This document shows positions 20,877-30,451 of a stretch of DNA of 41,939 bases, in pieces. The notes below the pieces were generated by a model. The model did not search any database. It saw nothing but the letters and a program-made list of their open reading frames with translations, and was not told where the DNA came from. A program made the position numbers and the translations under genes. The first letter of the stretch is position 1. Every line of letters starts with the position of its first letter. The stretch is from contig JBEVHG010000195.1 in the NCBI GenBank assembly GCA_040511335.1, positions 1 through 41,939 on the forward strand, given 5' to 3'. The DNA is from Mycobacterium sp. (GTDB taxonomy: Bacteria > Actinomycetota > Actinomycetes > Mycobacteriales > Mycobacteriaceae).

Positions 20877-23800
20877 TCACGGCCCGCCGGAGGGACCAGT
20901 GGGAAACCGGATTGTGCAACCCGGCGCAAGCCGTTGCGTGCGACCACGGCATTCAATTACAACAGGCGGAACATTGCGGGGATCCACACTGACCTCCGCG
21001 CCCTTTCCACTGACCCGCACGTGTAGGTGCAGGCCTCGGTAATGGATCGGGAAGCCCAGTGCGCCGAGCGATTCCGGCCAATGCGGAGACAACACGAGGC
21101 GGTTTTCACGGGTTTCCAGCCCGGTGAAGCACCGCTGCACGAGATCGACGCTGCCGGCCATCGCGGCGAGGTGAATGCCCTCGGACGTGGTGCCGCCCTG
21201 GATGTCGGCGATGTCGGACCTGAGAACCTGCTCGAAGAACTCCATCGCGCGATCGCGGTTGGCCCGGGCGAGCACCCACGTATGCACGACACCGCTGAGT
21301 GTCGATCCGTGCGACGTGCGCGCCATGTAGTAGTCGACCATCTTCGGTATCTGGTCAGGCCCGAAGTGGTAGTCGAGCCGATCGAGCAACTCGCGCAACT
21401 CATCCGACGACAGCAGGTACAGCAACATCAACGCGTCGGCCTGCTTGGAGGCCTTGTACCGATTGACGTCGTCCTTCTCCGCTTCCAGGATGCGGTCGAG
21501 GCGCTGAATGTTGCCGTACCGCTTTCGGTAGGCGTCCCAATCCAGTTCGACCAGTTCGTCGTAACCTTCGAATTGGCTGATCACGCCGTCGTGGAACGGA
21601 ACGAACATGCGTCGGCTGACGTGATCCCAGTGCGCCAGTTCCTCAGTGGTCAGTCCGAGCTTTTCACGCAGGTCGAGCCGGTTCGGCAGCGGCAGCAATT
21701 CGAGCGCGTCGATGGCCCGCAAGATCACCCAGACCGCCATCACGTTCGTATAGGCGTTGTTGTCGATGCCGTCGTAACGCCGGTCCGGATAGCCGGAATG
21801 GAACTCATCGGGCCCGATGACGCCGTCGACGCCGTAGCGATCGCGCGTTTTGTCGTATGTTGCTCTGCTGACCCAGAATCGGGCGATCTCCACCAGCATC
21901 TCGGCGCCGTAGTCGATGAGGTACGCCAGGTCTCCGGTGACTTGGTAGAACTGCCAGACGTTGTAGGCGACGGCGATGCCGATGTGGTGCGCGCGATGGC
22001 TGGGATCGGGATTCCATCGGCCCGAACGCGGGTTGAGATGCAGTTCCGGGCTTTCTTCGCGGCCGTCACTGCCGGACTGCCACGGGAACATCGCGCCGGA
22101 GTATCCGGCCAGCTTGGCGGCGCGACGCGCCTCCACCAACCGGCGGTACCGGTACCGAAGCAGCGACCGGGTGACCGTCGGCAGCCGCAGGTTCAGCACC
22201 GGGAAGATGAACAGCTCGTCCCAGAAGACGTGACCGCGATATGCCTCGCCATGCAGCCCGCGTGCAGGCACCCCGATGTCGAGCTCCTCGCTGTTGTAGG
22301 AGACCGTCTGCAACAAATGCAGCAGATGCAGCCGCAGGATGCGCAACTCGTCGGCGTGGTCTTCGAATTCGATCGACAACCGCTCCCAGATGTGCGCCCA
22401 GGCGAGGGTGTGCGCATCTCGTATCTGGGCAAATCGCGGCTGGCGGCCCAGCCGTCGCTCGGCCCCCGCCGCCGGTTCGGACGTGGCGACGTCGCGCCCG
22501 GTGACCAACGTGACGACCTTCTCCACGGACAGCGACTGGCCCGCCGCCAGCTCGGTGAAGATTTTGTGGCCGATCTCGAACTCCTCGTCGACAAGTCCGT
22601 ACGTCGCGGGCGCGGGCGACCCGTCGCGCCACACGGTGGTTCGTGCGGTCAGCGCGACGGGGATCTGCGACTGCGTCGTCTCAACCGTCAGCGACACCGA
22701 GTTCTCGGACAGCGCCCGCTTGTTCAGGGGCCGTAGGTGGGTGCTGGCCAACTCGCGGTACCGCTCGATTCCGGAGTTGCGGACGTTGCCGTCGATCATC
22801 GAGCGAATCTCGATGGTTCCCGACCAGTCCTCGGCAAGAATTGTGGTCTCCAGCGCGGCGACGTGGGCCATATGCATTGCCACAAACCGGTTCTGCGTCA
22901 CCGAGGTGGTGCGACCGACGTCATCGCGGAAGCGTAGCTCGCGGGTGAGCACCGCGCCGCGAAGGTCGAGGGTCTGGCGGTAGGACAACAGTGTGACCGC
23001 GTCGACGTCGAACCAGTCACCGCCGTCGATGCGGAATGTCAGCGGAAGCCAGTTGGGAAGATTGACCAGGCTTTCGTTGTCGGTCTTGGTGCCGGCCACC
23101 ACGTCGTCGAGACGGTTGTAGACGCCGGCGGCATAGGTGCCCGGGTAGTGGACCTGACCGGCCCTCGATTCCGGCGCGGCGCCCCGGGTGGCGAAGTAAC
23201 CGTTGCCGACCGTGCACAACGCCTCCCGGAGCTTTTCGTTGTGCGGATCGTAGCCCTCGTACGTGAAAGTCCAGGCTTCGTTGGAGGTCTGCAGCTCGTA
23301 CGCCAGCCAGTTCCCGCCGCGCCGCAGGAACTCGCGGACCTCGCCAGGATTGTTCAGGGTGAACTGGGCGGCCGTGGGGCGACCGCCGTCCTCGTCGTGC
23401 CGCACGACCACCCCGACGCCATCGAACCGAATCGCGTCGAAGGCGTCTTCGTCGGTGAGATCGTCGCCGACGTAGATCGGCAGCACGCGACCCGTCTGGT
23501 GGATCTGGTCGCGGATCCAGGCCAGCGCGGTGCCCTTGTCCCAGTCGATGTCCGGTCGCAGCTCGATTACCTTGCGGCCGCCCGTCACCCGCAGGCCATG
23601 TCGTTTTCCGTGCCGGTGGACTGACGCGACGATCCCGCCAACACGCTCCGGTGCGACGTTGCGGTAGTGGACCGCGACGGCGTAGCGCTTGTGCTCGACA
23701 CGCACTCCCGGGGTCTGCGCCAGCTTCTCGCGCAGTTCAGTCGCTGCGCTTTCCAGGACGGGTACCGCCGAGGCTGCCGCGTCGTTGTGGTGGTGACTGC

Positions 23801-24845
23801 CGTCGGGTCCGACCAGCTCGAAGCCGTGGCTGCCGGCGTACCAGATGCCGGGTAAGCCGACCCGGTCGCGGATGTCCGCCAGATCGCGGCCGCTCAGTAT
23901 GGCGACCGGGCACTGCGCCGCCAGGTTCTCCAGTGCCTTCGCGGCGCCGTCGACAAGCGTGGCCGCATCGGGATCCGAGACGATCTCGGACAGGGTGCCG
24001 TCGAAGTCGAGGCACACGAACGGCTGTCGGCCGCCTACGACACCGATCAGCTGACCATAGGAGTCCAGCGCGTTCGGCAGCCTCGACATGCGTTTGTCAC
24101 CACTGCGTACGGCGACATCGGCGAGGTCGGGGACGACGACGTCGGCGCCGCAACGCAGGAGTGCTTCGGCATGCCCGGTCCGGTCGACACCGATGACGAA
24201 CGCGAACCCACCGTTGCGGCCGGCTTGCACTCCCGCCTCGGCGTCCTCGATGACGACGGATCGCTCCGGAGCCGCGCCCAGTCTGCTGGTGGCTTCCAGC
24301 AACACGGCGGGGTCAGGCTTGCCGGGCAGCCCGAGCGCCTCGGCGACCACACCGTCGACGCGGACGGCGAACAGGTCGCCGAGTCCGGCCGCCTTCAGGA
24401 CCTGTTCACAATTGCGGCTCGAGGAATAGATGGCGGTCGCAACCCCGGCTTCGGCCAGCTTGCGCACCAGAACGACCGTCGACTCGAATACCGGCACCCC
24501 GGCGTCCAAAAGCTCGCGGAAGATCTGCTGCTTGCGGTTGCCGAGCCCGCACACCGTGTCTTCGGTGCTGTTGGACGGCTCGCCTGTTGGAAGCGAAATC
24601 CCTCGCGACGCCAGAAAGTCGGCCACGCCGTCGTGGCGGGGTTTGCCATCTACGAAGTGTCGGTAGTCGTTGTCGGTGAACGGGGCGTGGTTCTCGTTGT
24701 CGTTCGCGGGCCGTCGCTCGAGGAAGTCGTTGAACATGGTCGTCCACGCCGCCGCGTGAATCGACGCGGTGTCTGTGACCACACCGTCGAGGTCGAAAAT
24801 GACCGCGTCGTGCAAACGCGGGTCAACGGTGACCGGCGTCTTCAT
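20877..24845 (-). CDS. otsB1: OtsB1-like fusion: HAD/beta-PGM + trehalose-6-phosphate phosphatase + GH65
   Basis: FDLDGVVTDT, LDFDGTLS, YVGDDLTDEDAF, GNGYFATRG, ARGLHGEAYRGHVFWDE, GPDEFH, KQAD, TSHGSTLS. Confidence 0.92.
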   Translation of the reverse strand: MKTPVTVDPRLHDAVIFDLDGVVTDTASIHAAAWTTMFNDFLERRPANDNENHAPFTDNDYRHFVDGKPRHDGVADFLASRGISLPTGEPSNSTEDTVCGLGNRKQQIFRELLDAGVPVFESTVVLVRKLAEAGVATAIYSSSRNCEQVLKAAGLGDLFAVRVDGVVAEALGLPGKPDPAVLLEATSRLGAAPERSVVIEDAEAGVQAGRNGGFAFVIGVDRTGHAEALLRCGADVVVPDLADVAVRSGDKRMSRLPNALDSYGQLIGVVGGRQPFVCLDFDGTLSEIVSDPDAATLVDGAAKALENLAAQCPVAILSGRDLADIRDRVGLPGIWYAGSHGFELVGPDGSHHHNDAAASAVPVLESAATELREKLAQTPGVRVEHKRYAVAVHYRNVAPERVGGIVASVHRHGKRHGLRVTGGRKVIELRPDIDWDKGTALAWIRDQIHQTGRVLPIYVGDDLTDEDAFDAIRFDGVGVVVRHDEDGGRPTAAQFTLNNPGEVREFLRRGGNWLAYELQTSNEAWTFTYEGYDPHNEKLREALCTVGNGYFATRGAAPESRAGQVHYPGTYAAGVYNRLDDVVAGTKTDNESLVNLPNWLPLTFRIDGGDWFDVDAVTLLSYRQTLDLRGAVLTRELRFRDDVGRTTSVTQNRFVAMHMAHVAALETTILAEDWSGTIEIRSMIDGNVRNSGIERYRELASTHLRPLNKRALSENSVSLTVETTQSQIPVALTARTTVWRDGSPAPATYGLVDEEFEIGHKIFTELAAGQSLSVEKVVTLVTGRDVATSEPAAGAERRLGRQPRFAQIRDAHTLAWAHIWERLSIEFEDHADELRILRLHLLHLLQTVSYNSEELDIGVPARGLHGEAYRGHVFWDELFIFPVLNLRLPTVTRSLLRYRYRRLVEARRAAKLAGYSGAMFPWQSGSDGREESPELHLNPRSGRWNPDPSHRAHHIGIAVAYNVWQFYQVTGDLAYLIDYGAEMLVEIARFWVSRATYDKTRDRYGVDGVIGPDEFHSGYPDRRYDGIDNNAYTNVMAVWVILRAIDALELLPLPNRLDLREKLGLTTEELAHWDHVSRRMFVPFHDGVISQFEGYDELVELDWDAYRKRYGNIQRLDRILEAEKDDVNRYKASKQADALMLLYLLSSDELRELLDRLDYHFGPDQIPKMVDYYMARTSHGSTLSGVVHTWVLARANRDRAMEFFEQVLRSDIADIQGGTTSEGIHLAAMAGSVDLVQRCFTGLETRENRLVLSPHWPESLGALGFPIHYRGLHLHVRVSGKGAEVSVDPRNVPPVVIECRGRTQRLAPGCTIRFPTGPSGGP

Positions 24846-24948
24846 GGCTTACGTCCCTGCTTCAGCTGAGCAAGGCTGCGGTCTATATTCTCCGGCGGCG
24901 CCTTGCTATTCGCATTGTGCCCGCGATGGAGTTCGCTGAAAATGGCCG

Positions 24949-24997
24949 CGCTGCAATGAAGGCCCTATGCCACGTGGTCGGTGACCAACGGCCCCCC
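24949..24997. promoter_or_regulatory. DosR-box-like sites upstream of otsB1
   Basis: TCGGTGACCAACGGCCCCCC (24978-24997); weaker half-matching site at 24949-24968. Confidence 0.55.
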
Positions 24998-25020
24998 GAC
25001 TCGGACGGGGACTGCGCCCA

Positions 25021-26004
25021 TTAGGTGCAAACGACATCGACGTCCACCGGCTCCGCCGCCACTTCGAAGAGACGCTCCGCGTCGGCCCGGGTGCAGGGCT
25101 GCGTGCCGGGCGTCATCAGCATGGCCGCGCCGGCGGCGATTCCGAAACATACCGATTTGCTCAGCGGCCACCCACGGCTCAAACCCACCGTGATCGCTGC
25201 GACCATCGCGTCGCCCGCGCCGACCCCGCTGACCGCCCGCATGGGTATGGCGGAAAATCGTTTACTCTCGTTCGATGTGGCGAGCAACGCACCTTCTGAT
25301 CCCCGCGACACCACGACCGCTTGGGCGCGGCCAGACTCGATGAGTTCGTAAGCGGCGGCCATCTGTTCCGATTCGGTGGCGAGTTCGCGTTCGACGCATT
25401 CGCGCAGTTCTCGTACGCTCGCCTTGAGCAGGAACACCCCAGAGGTGATCTGTTGCAGGCCGGCGCCGGACGCGTCCAGAACCAGCGACGTACCGAGATC
25501 CCGGCAGATGTCAGCCACCCATTGGTAGTAGTTCATGGGGACTCCCGGCGGCAGACTTCCGCTCGTCACAACGAACTTGGCCGACGTCGCGGCCAGGCGG
25601 AGTTCGTCGAGGCATTGTTCCTGTTCTGCAAACGTTAGGCGCGGACCCGGGAGCACGAACCGATACTGCAGGCCGGTGCCGGCCTCGTTGATGGTGAAGC
25701 TTTCCCGCGTCGTGTCGGCGATCTTGACTCGACGAATCGGCACTCCCCTGTCGGTGAGGAGATCGGTGAGCATGTCGCCGGTCGCACCGCCCGCGGGGAA
25801 AACGGCCGACACCGACGCGCCCAGGATGTGGGCGACCTGGGCGACATTGACGCCGCCCCCGCCGGGGTCGTAACGGGCACCGCTGCAGCGGATCTTGTCA
25901 GTCGGCCGCACCACCTTGGCGTCGGTGGTGATGTCGAGCGCCGGGTTCATCGTCAATGTGACGATCGTCGATTGGTTCGCCGCGCGCTGTGTCGGGGCAA
26001 TCAT
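25021..26004 (-). CDS. pfkB: PfkB-family 6-phosphofructokinase (Rv2029c-like)
   Basis: TLTMNPALDI, PGGGGVNVA, SGSLPPG, VGAGDAMVAA; start uncertain. Confidence 0.9.
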   Translation of the reverse strand: MIAPTQRAANQSTIVTLTMNPALDITTDAKVVRPTDKIRCSGARYDPGGGGVNVAQVAHILGASVSAVFPAGGATGDMLTDLLTDRGVPIRRVKIADTTRESFTINEAGTGLQYRFVLPGPRLTFAEQEQCLDELRLAATSAKFVVTSGSLPPGVPMNYYQWVADICRDLGTSLVLDASGAGLQQITSGVFLLKASVRELRECVERELATESEQMAAAYELIESGRAQAVVVSRGSEGALLATSNESKRFSAIPMRAVSGVGAGDAMVAAITVGLSRGWPLSKSVCFGIAAGAAMLMTPGTQPCTRADAERLFEVAAEPVDVDVVCT

Positions 26005-26066
26005 CGGTGATCCTAAGGTCGGCTCGGCTTCTCGATCTTCATCTGACCGTTTCCCGGGACCGTTCG

Positions 26067-26136
26067 ATAGGGACCGAAGTCCCACGTCGGCACATAGGGA
26101 CTTATTGCCCTAGGTGCTCGTGACCTTCAGCGCAGA
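26067..26136. promoter_or_regulatory. DosR-box cluster in divergent pfkB/ppsA promoter
   Basis: ATAGGGACCGAAGTCCCACG (26067-26086), ATAGGGACTTATTGCCCTAG (26094-26113), weaker CTCGTGACCTTCAGCGCAGA (26117-26136). Confidence 0.82.
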
Positions 26137-26181
26137 GGCTGTGGTCATCGGACCTACGCCAGCGGCACAACAGGGAACAGG

Positions 26182-28464
26182 ATGGACGACATGCTAGCCG
26201 ACACTTATGTCCGCGATATCTCCACGTTGCGAATTTCCGATGCCGAGGAAGCCGGCGGGAAGGGCGCGAACATGGGTGAGCTGGTCGCGGCCAAGCTGCC
26301 TGTTCCGCCCGGCTTCGTGCTGCTGCGGGACTGTTACCGGGACTCGATGCGCGCGGGCGGCGTGGACGCCGAATTGAGCGCGTTTCATCGCGAGGCCCTG
26401 GCCGACGTCGCCGACACAACCCATCTGCCCGAACGCTGTGAGCGGCTGCAGGGCCTCGTCCACAAGGCCGGCGTTGCCGACGCGGTGCGCGACCCGCTAC
26501 TTGCCGCGTATCGCGCGCTCGGATCGAACGCCGTTGTCGCCGTGCGATCCTCGGCGACCGGCGAAGACGGCCGCGATGCATCGTTCGCCGGGATGAACGC
26601 GACCATCACCAACGTCAGCGGCGAGGAGGCGCTCCTCGACGCGGTGCTTCGGTGCTGGATGTCGCTGTTTTCCCCGCGGGTGATCACCTACCGGGCCAGC
26701 CGTGACTTCACAGCCGACCCGGCGATGGCGGTGGTCGTCCAGCAGATGATCGACTCCGAGAAGGCCGGCGTCGCGTTCACCGCCGACCCGAGCAACGGCG
26801 CGCAGGATCGGGTGGTCATCGAGGGCGCGTTCGGGCTGGGCGAGGTGGTGGTGTCCGGCGAGGTGGAGCCCGATACCTACATCGTCTCGAAGGAGACATT
26901 GAAGGTGCTTGACATCCGGCTCGGGCACAAGGCATTCAAGATCGTCCGCGGGCCGGACGGCCACGACAAACCCGTCAACCTGGCCGACGAGCAGGCCGAT
27001 GCCCGGGTGCTGGACGACGACGAGCTGAGCCGCATCGCCGAACTCGCGATTGCCACCGAGCGGCACAACGGCTGCCCACAGGACACCGAGTGGGCCATGT
27101 CCGGCGGCAAGACGTATTTGGTGCAGGCACGGCCGATCACGACGCTGCGCCATACGGCGGCGCCGTCGTCGGACAAGCACGCCGTGCTGGCTCGCGGTCT
27201 CGCGGCCGCCCCGGGAACGGCATCGGGCAAGGTGCGCGTGCTCGAAACACCCGACGAGGGCAACCGGTTGCTCGAGGGCGAAATCCTGGTCGCCCAGATG
27301 ACCAATCCGGACTGGCTGCCCACCATCCGCCGGGCCGCGGCGCTCGTCACCGACACCGGCGGCATGACCTGCCACGCCGCAATTGTGGCCCGCGAACTGG
27401 GCGTGCCGTGCGTCGTCGGCACGCGCACCGCCACCAGGGATCTGCACGACGGCACGACGGTGACCGTCGACGGAACCCACGGACGCGTCCTGTCCGGCCG
27501 CATCGAGGACGCCACACCTTCGATCTCCGTGGTCGAAGGCCGTGAACCGGCCGAACCGCAGATCGAGGTGACGGCTACCAGGATCTACGTCAATCTCGCG
27601 ATACCCGATTCTGCGGAAACCGTTGCGGCCCAGCAGGTCGACGGCGTCGGCCTGCTACGTGCGGAGTTCATGCTCACCGAGGCGCTGTCGGGTCGGCACC
27701 CGCGCGACCTCATCGCGCACGGCGAGCAGACCGATCTGGTCGACGCCATGGTCGCGTCGGTCGGGCGCATCGCCGGCGCGTTCGCGCCGCGGCCGGTCGT
27801 CTATCGCGCAACGGACTTCCGCAGCAACGAGTTCCGCGGTCTGCGCGGGGGTGAATCCTACGAACCGGTCGAGCACAATCCGATGATCGGCTATCGCGGC
27901 TGCTACCGATACATAAAGGAACCCGACTTGTTCGCCCTCGAACTGGAGGCACTCGCCCGGGTGCGCGAGCAGTCACCGAACGTGCACCTGATGATCCCGT
28001 TCGTGCGCACCCGCTGGGAACTCGAGGAGTGCCTGGCGCTCGTCGAGGCGAGCCCGCTGGGCCACCAACGCGGGCTGCATCGCTGGGTGATGGCCGAGGT
28101 GCCGTCGGTTGTGCACTGGCTGCCCGAGTACATCGGAATGGGCATCGACGGAGTATCGATCGGCAGCAACGACCTCACCCAACTGGTGCTCGGAGTCGAC
28201 CGCGATTCGGATATCTGCGCGGAGCTGTTCGACGAATCCGACCCGGCGGTGCTCGACGCCATCGGACAGATCATCAGCACCGCACGCAAGTTCGGGATCA
28301 CCTCCTCGCTGTGCGGCCAGGCGCCGTCGACCAAGCCCACCTTCGCCGAGCACCTGGTCCGGATGGGCATCACCTCCGTGTCGGTGAATCCGGATGCGGT
28401 AGCCGCGGCCAGGCGCACCGTCGCGGCGGCCGAACAGCGATTGTTGCTGGACTCGGTGCGGTAA
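26182..28464 (+). CDS. ppsA: Phosphoenolpyruvate synthase (pyruvate,water dikinase)
   Basis: GGKGANMGEL, AVRSSATGED, VQARPIT, phospho-His GGMTCHAAIVAREL, GLLRAEF, NPMIGYRG, SIGSNDLTQ. Confidence 0.94.
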   Translation: MDDMLADTYVRDISTLRISDAEEAGGKGANMGELVAAKLPVPPGFVLLRDCYRDSMRAGGVDAELSAFHREALADVADTTHLPERCERLQGLVHKAGVADAVRDPLLAAYRALGSNAVVAVRSSATGEDGRDASFAGMNATITNVSGEEALLDAVLRCWMSLFSPRVITYRASRDFTADPAMAVVVQQMIDSEKAGVAFTADPSNGAQDRVVIEGAFGLGEVVVSGEVEPDTYIVSKETLKVLDIRLGHKAFKIVRGPDGHDKPVNLADEQADARVLDDDELSRIAELAIATERHNGCPQDTEWAMSGGKTYLVQARPITTLRHTAAPSSDKHAVLARGLAAAPGTASGKVRVLETPDEGNRLLEGEILVAQMTNPDWLPTIRRAAALVTDTGGMTCHAAIVARELGVPCVVGTRTATRDLHDGTTVTVDGTHGRVLSGRIEDATPSISVVEGREPAEPQIEVTATRIYVNLAIPDSAETVAAQQVDGVGLLRAEFMLTEALSGRHPRDLIAHGEQTDLVDAMVASVGRIAGAFAPRPVVYRATDFRSNEFRGLRGGESYEPVEHNPMIGYRGCYRYIKEPDLFALELEALARVREQSPNVHLMIPFVRTRWELEECLALVEASPLGHQRGLHRWVMAEVPSVVHWLPEYIGMGIDGVSIGSNDLTQLVLGVDRDSDICAELFDESDPAVLDAIGQIISTARKFGITSSLCGQAPSTKPTFAEHLVRMGITSVSVNPDAVAAARRTVAAAEQRLLLDSVR

Positions 28465-28491
28465 TACCGCCGTGACAACGGCACTCGGCGA
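28459..28491 (+). repeat. 33-bp direct repeat copy 1 (ppsA stop + 3' flank)
   Basis: CGGTAATACCGCCGTGACAACGGCACTCGGCGA; 29/33 identical to 30406-30438. Confidence 0.85.
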
Positions 28492-28595
28492 AGCTGTACC
28501 GGCGGGGGTGGCGTGCGTGATCCACGCGAAACGGCGGCCAGACAAAGGACCACCGGCCCTAGCCGCGGCGCACGCGGGTGGCGCAGTGTTAGCGC

Positions 28596-29276
28596 ATGGC
28601 TACAAACGTGATGCGAGTCGCGGGCACGGTCGCGCTGCTGTATACGGCGCGACGGTATTACCGCAATTGGGGAACGACCAAGGAAGAGTGCCAATTAAGG
28701 CTTCCCGGCGACGAATTGGTCGGAAGGCCCGCCGTCCAGACAACCGAGGGCGTGTGGATCGACGCGCCGCCGAAGGCGATCTGGCCGTGGCTGGTGCAGA
28801 TGGGCCAAGACCGCGGCGGCCTGTACAGCTACGAGGCGCTGGAGAATCTGATCGGGCTGCACCATCACAACGCCGACCGGATCCATCCGGAATGGCAGCG
28901 ACTTGAACGGGGCGACGTGATACGCGTTGCGCCAAAGGGCTGGATGGGTCTGCACAACGGGATTGCATTATCGGTGGCCCAAGTCATCGACCAGCAGGCC
29001 ATCGTGCTGCGTGCGACACCTCCGTACCTCCCGTGGGATGCGTTGTGGTCCTTCCATGTTCAGCCGCGCTGGGAGGATCGCTGCCGGCTCTTGGTCCGGA
29101 CGCGGGCACGGCTGCGACGCCCGGGCGAGGTGCTGGCCATGGAGCTGGCCGGACCGGTGACCGCGCTGATGACGCGGGGAATGCTGCTGGGAATCAAGCA
29201 CAGGGCCGAGCGTCCGCCGCCAACCGGAACGACTCTCGGCGCCGGGAATGGCGCGCGCATGCACCGCGTTGTCTAG
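28596..29276 (+). CDS. SRPBCC-like hypothetical protein
   Basis: WGTTKEE..LPGDELV, IDAPPKAIWPWLVQMGQDRGGLYSY, MTRGMLLGIKHRAE. Confidence 0.75.
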   Translation: MATNVMRVAGTVALLYTARRYYRNWGTTKEECQLRLPGDELVGRPAVQTTEGVWIDAPPKAIWPWLVQMGQDRGGLYSYEALENLIGLHHHNADRIHPEWQRLERGDVIRVAPKGWMGLHNGIALSVAQVIDQQAIVLRATPPYLPWDALWSFHVQPRWEDRCRLLVRTRARLRRPGEVLAMELAGPVTALMTRGMLLGIKHRAERPPPTGTTLGAGNGARMHRVV

Positions 29277-29365
29277 GGATCAAGCGATCGGGTCCCGCGT
29301 CCGCCAATCCTCCGGCGGGCGCGGACGGCCGGACTTCTGTCATTCGACGGCCGTTCGTGGTGCCA

Positions 29366-29408
29366 GTAGGGACGATTGGCCCTGCGGGATTGTGACCTTT
29401 GTCCACCG
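29366..29408. promoter_or_regulatory. DosR-box pair upstream of the ppsA duplicate / P-type ATPase unit
   Basis: GTAGGGACGATTGGCCCTGC (29366-29385) and ATTGTGACCTTTGTCCACCG (29389-29408); same layout as the ppsA promoter. Confidence 0.78.
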
Positions 29409-29463
29409 GTTGTGGCCGTTCGGACCGCTCCGCCACCCGATTCACCCGGCGCAGACTGCCATC

Positions 29464-30422
29464 ATGGCACTACAGCCGTATGTATGTGGCATCGCCTCGC
29501 TCCGGATCGGCGACACCGAAGACGCCGGGGGCAAGGGCGCCAACCTCGGCGAATTGGTCGCCGCGAAGTTACCTGTGCCACCGGGTTTCGTGCTGGTGCG
29601 AGCCGGTTATCTGGATTCGATGCAGGCGGGCGGAGTCGACGCCGAGCTCAGCGCGCTTCACCGCGAAGCCCTCACGCGAGTGGCCGAAAGCGCCTGCCTC
29701 TCCGAGCTCTGTCATCGAATGCAGAATCTGGTGACCAAGGCCGGTGAAGCTCAGGCCGTGTGCGATCAAGTGCTGGACGCCTACCACCGTCTCGGGGCCG
29801 ATACCGTTGGGGCCGTTCGATCATCGGCCACCGGGGAGGAGGGCCGTGACGCGTCGTCCTCCTGCATGACTCAGACGAACACCAACGTCATGGGTGCGGA
29901 CGCGCTCATCGATGCCGTCCAGCAGTGCTGGATGTCTGTGTTTACTCCGCGTGTGATCATCTATCGGGCCAGCCGAGGTTTTGCCGCCGACCAGGCGACG
30001 GCCGTCGTCATTCAACACATGGTCGCGCCGAGCAGGCGGGCGTCGCCTTCACTTCCGACCCAAGCACTGGGGCCGCGGATCACGTGGTCGTCGAAGCGGC
30101 CTTTGGCCAAGGCGAGGTCGTGGAGTGGGGCAAGGTCCAACAGGACACCTATGTCGGTGACAGGCAGACTTTGCAGGTCCTCGACACCCAAATTGGGTTC
30201 ACGGCGTTCAAGATCGTCCGCGGTCCGGATGGCCACGACACCACGGTGGAGCTGGACTAGACCGAGACCGAAGCTCAAGTTCTCGACGAGGATTCCCTGC
30301 GGCGCATCGTCGAGCTGGCGATGGCGACCGAGCGGCACAACCGTTGTCCGCAAGATGCCGAGTGGGCGACCTCGTCGGGCACGGTGTGGTTGGTCCAGGC
30401 CAGGCCGGTAACGCCACCATGA
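29464..30422 (+). pseudogene. Degenerate partial duplicate of ppsA (nucleotide-binding domain only)
   Basis: GGKGANLGELVAAKLPVPPGF, AVRSSATGEEG; frameshift near 30025, in-frame TAG 30258-30260, ends at VQARPVT. Confidence 0.9.
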
Positions 30423-30438
30423 CAACGGCACTCGGCGA
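30406..30438 (+). repeat. 33-bp direct repeat copy 2
   Basis: CGGTAACGCCACCATGACAACGGCACTCGGCGA. Confidence 0.85.
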
Positions 30439-30451
30439 GGAGGCGCGAAAG

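Noticed and set aside
21027-22736. 569-aa plus-strand ORF
   Set aside because: Antisense shadow of otsB1, expected from high-GC codon bias; no motifs.
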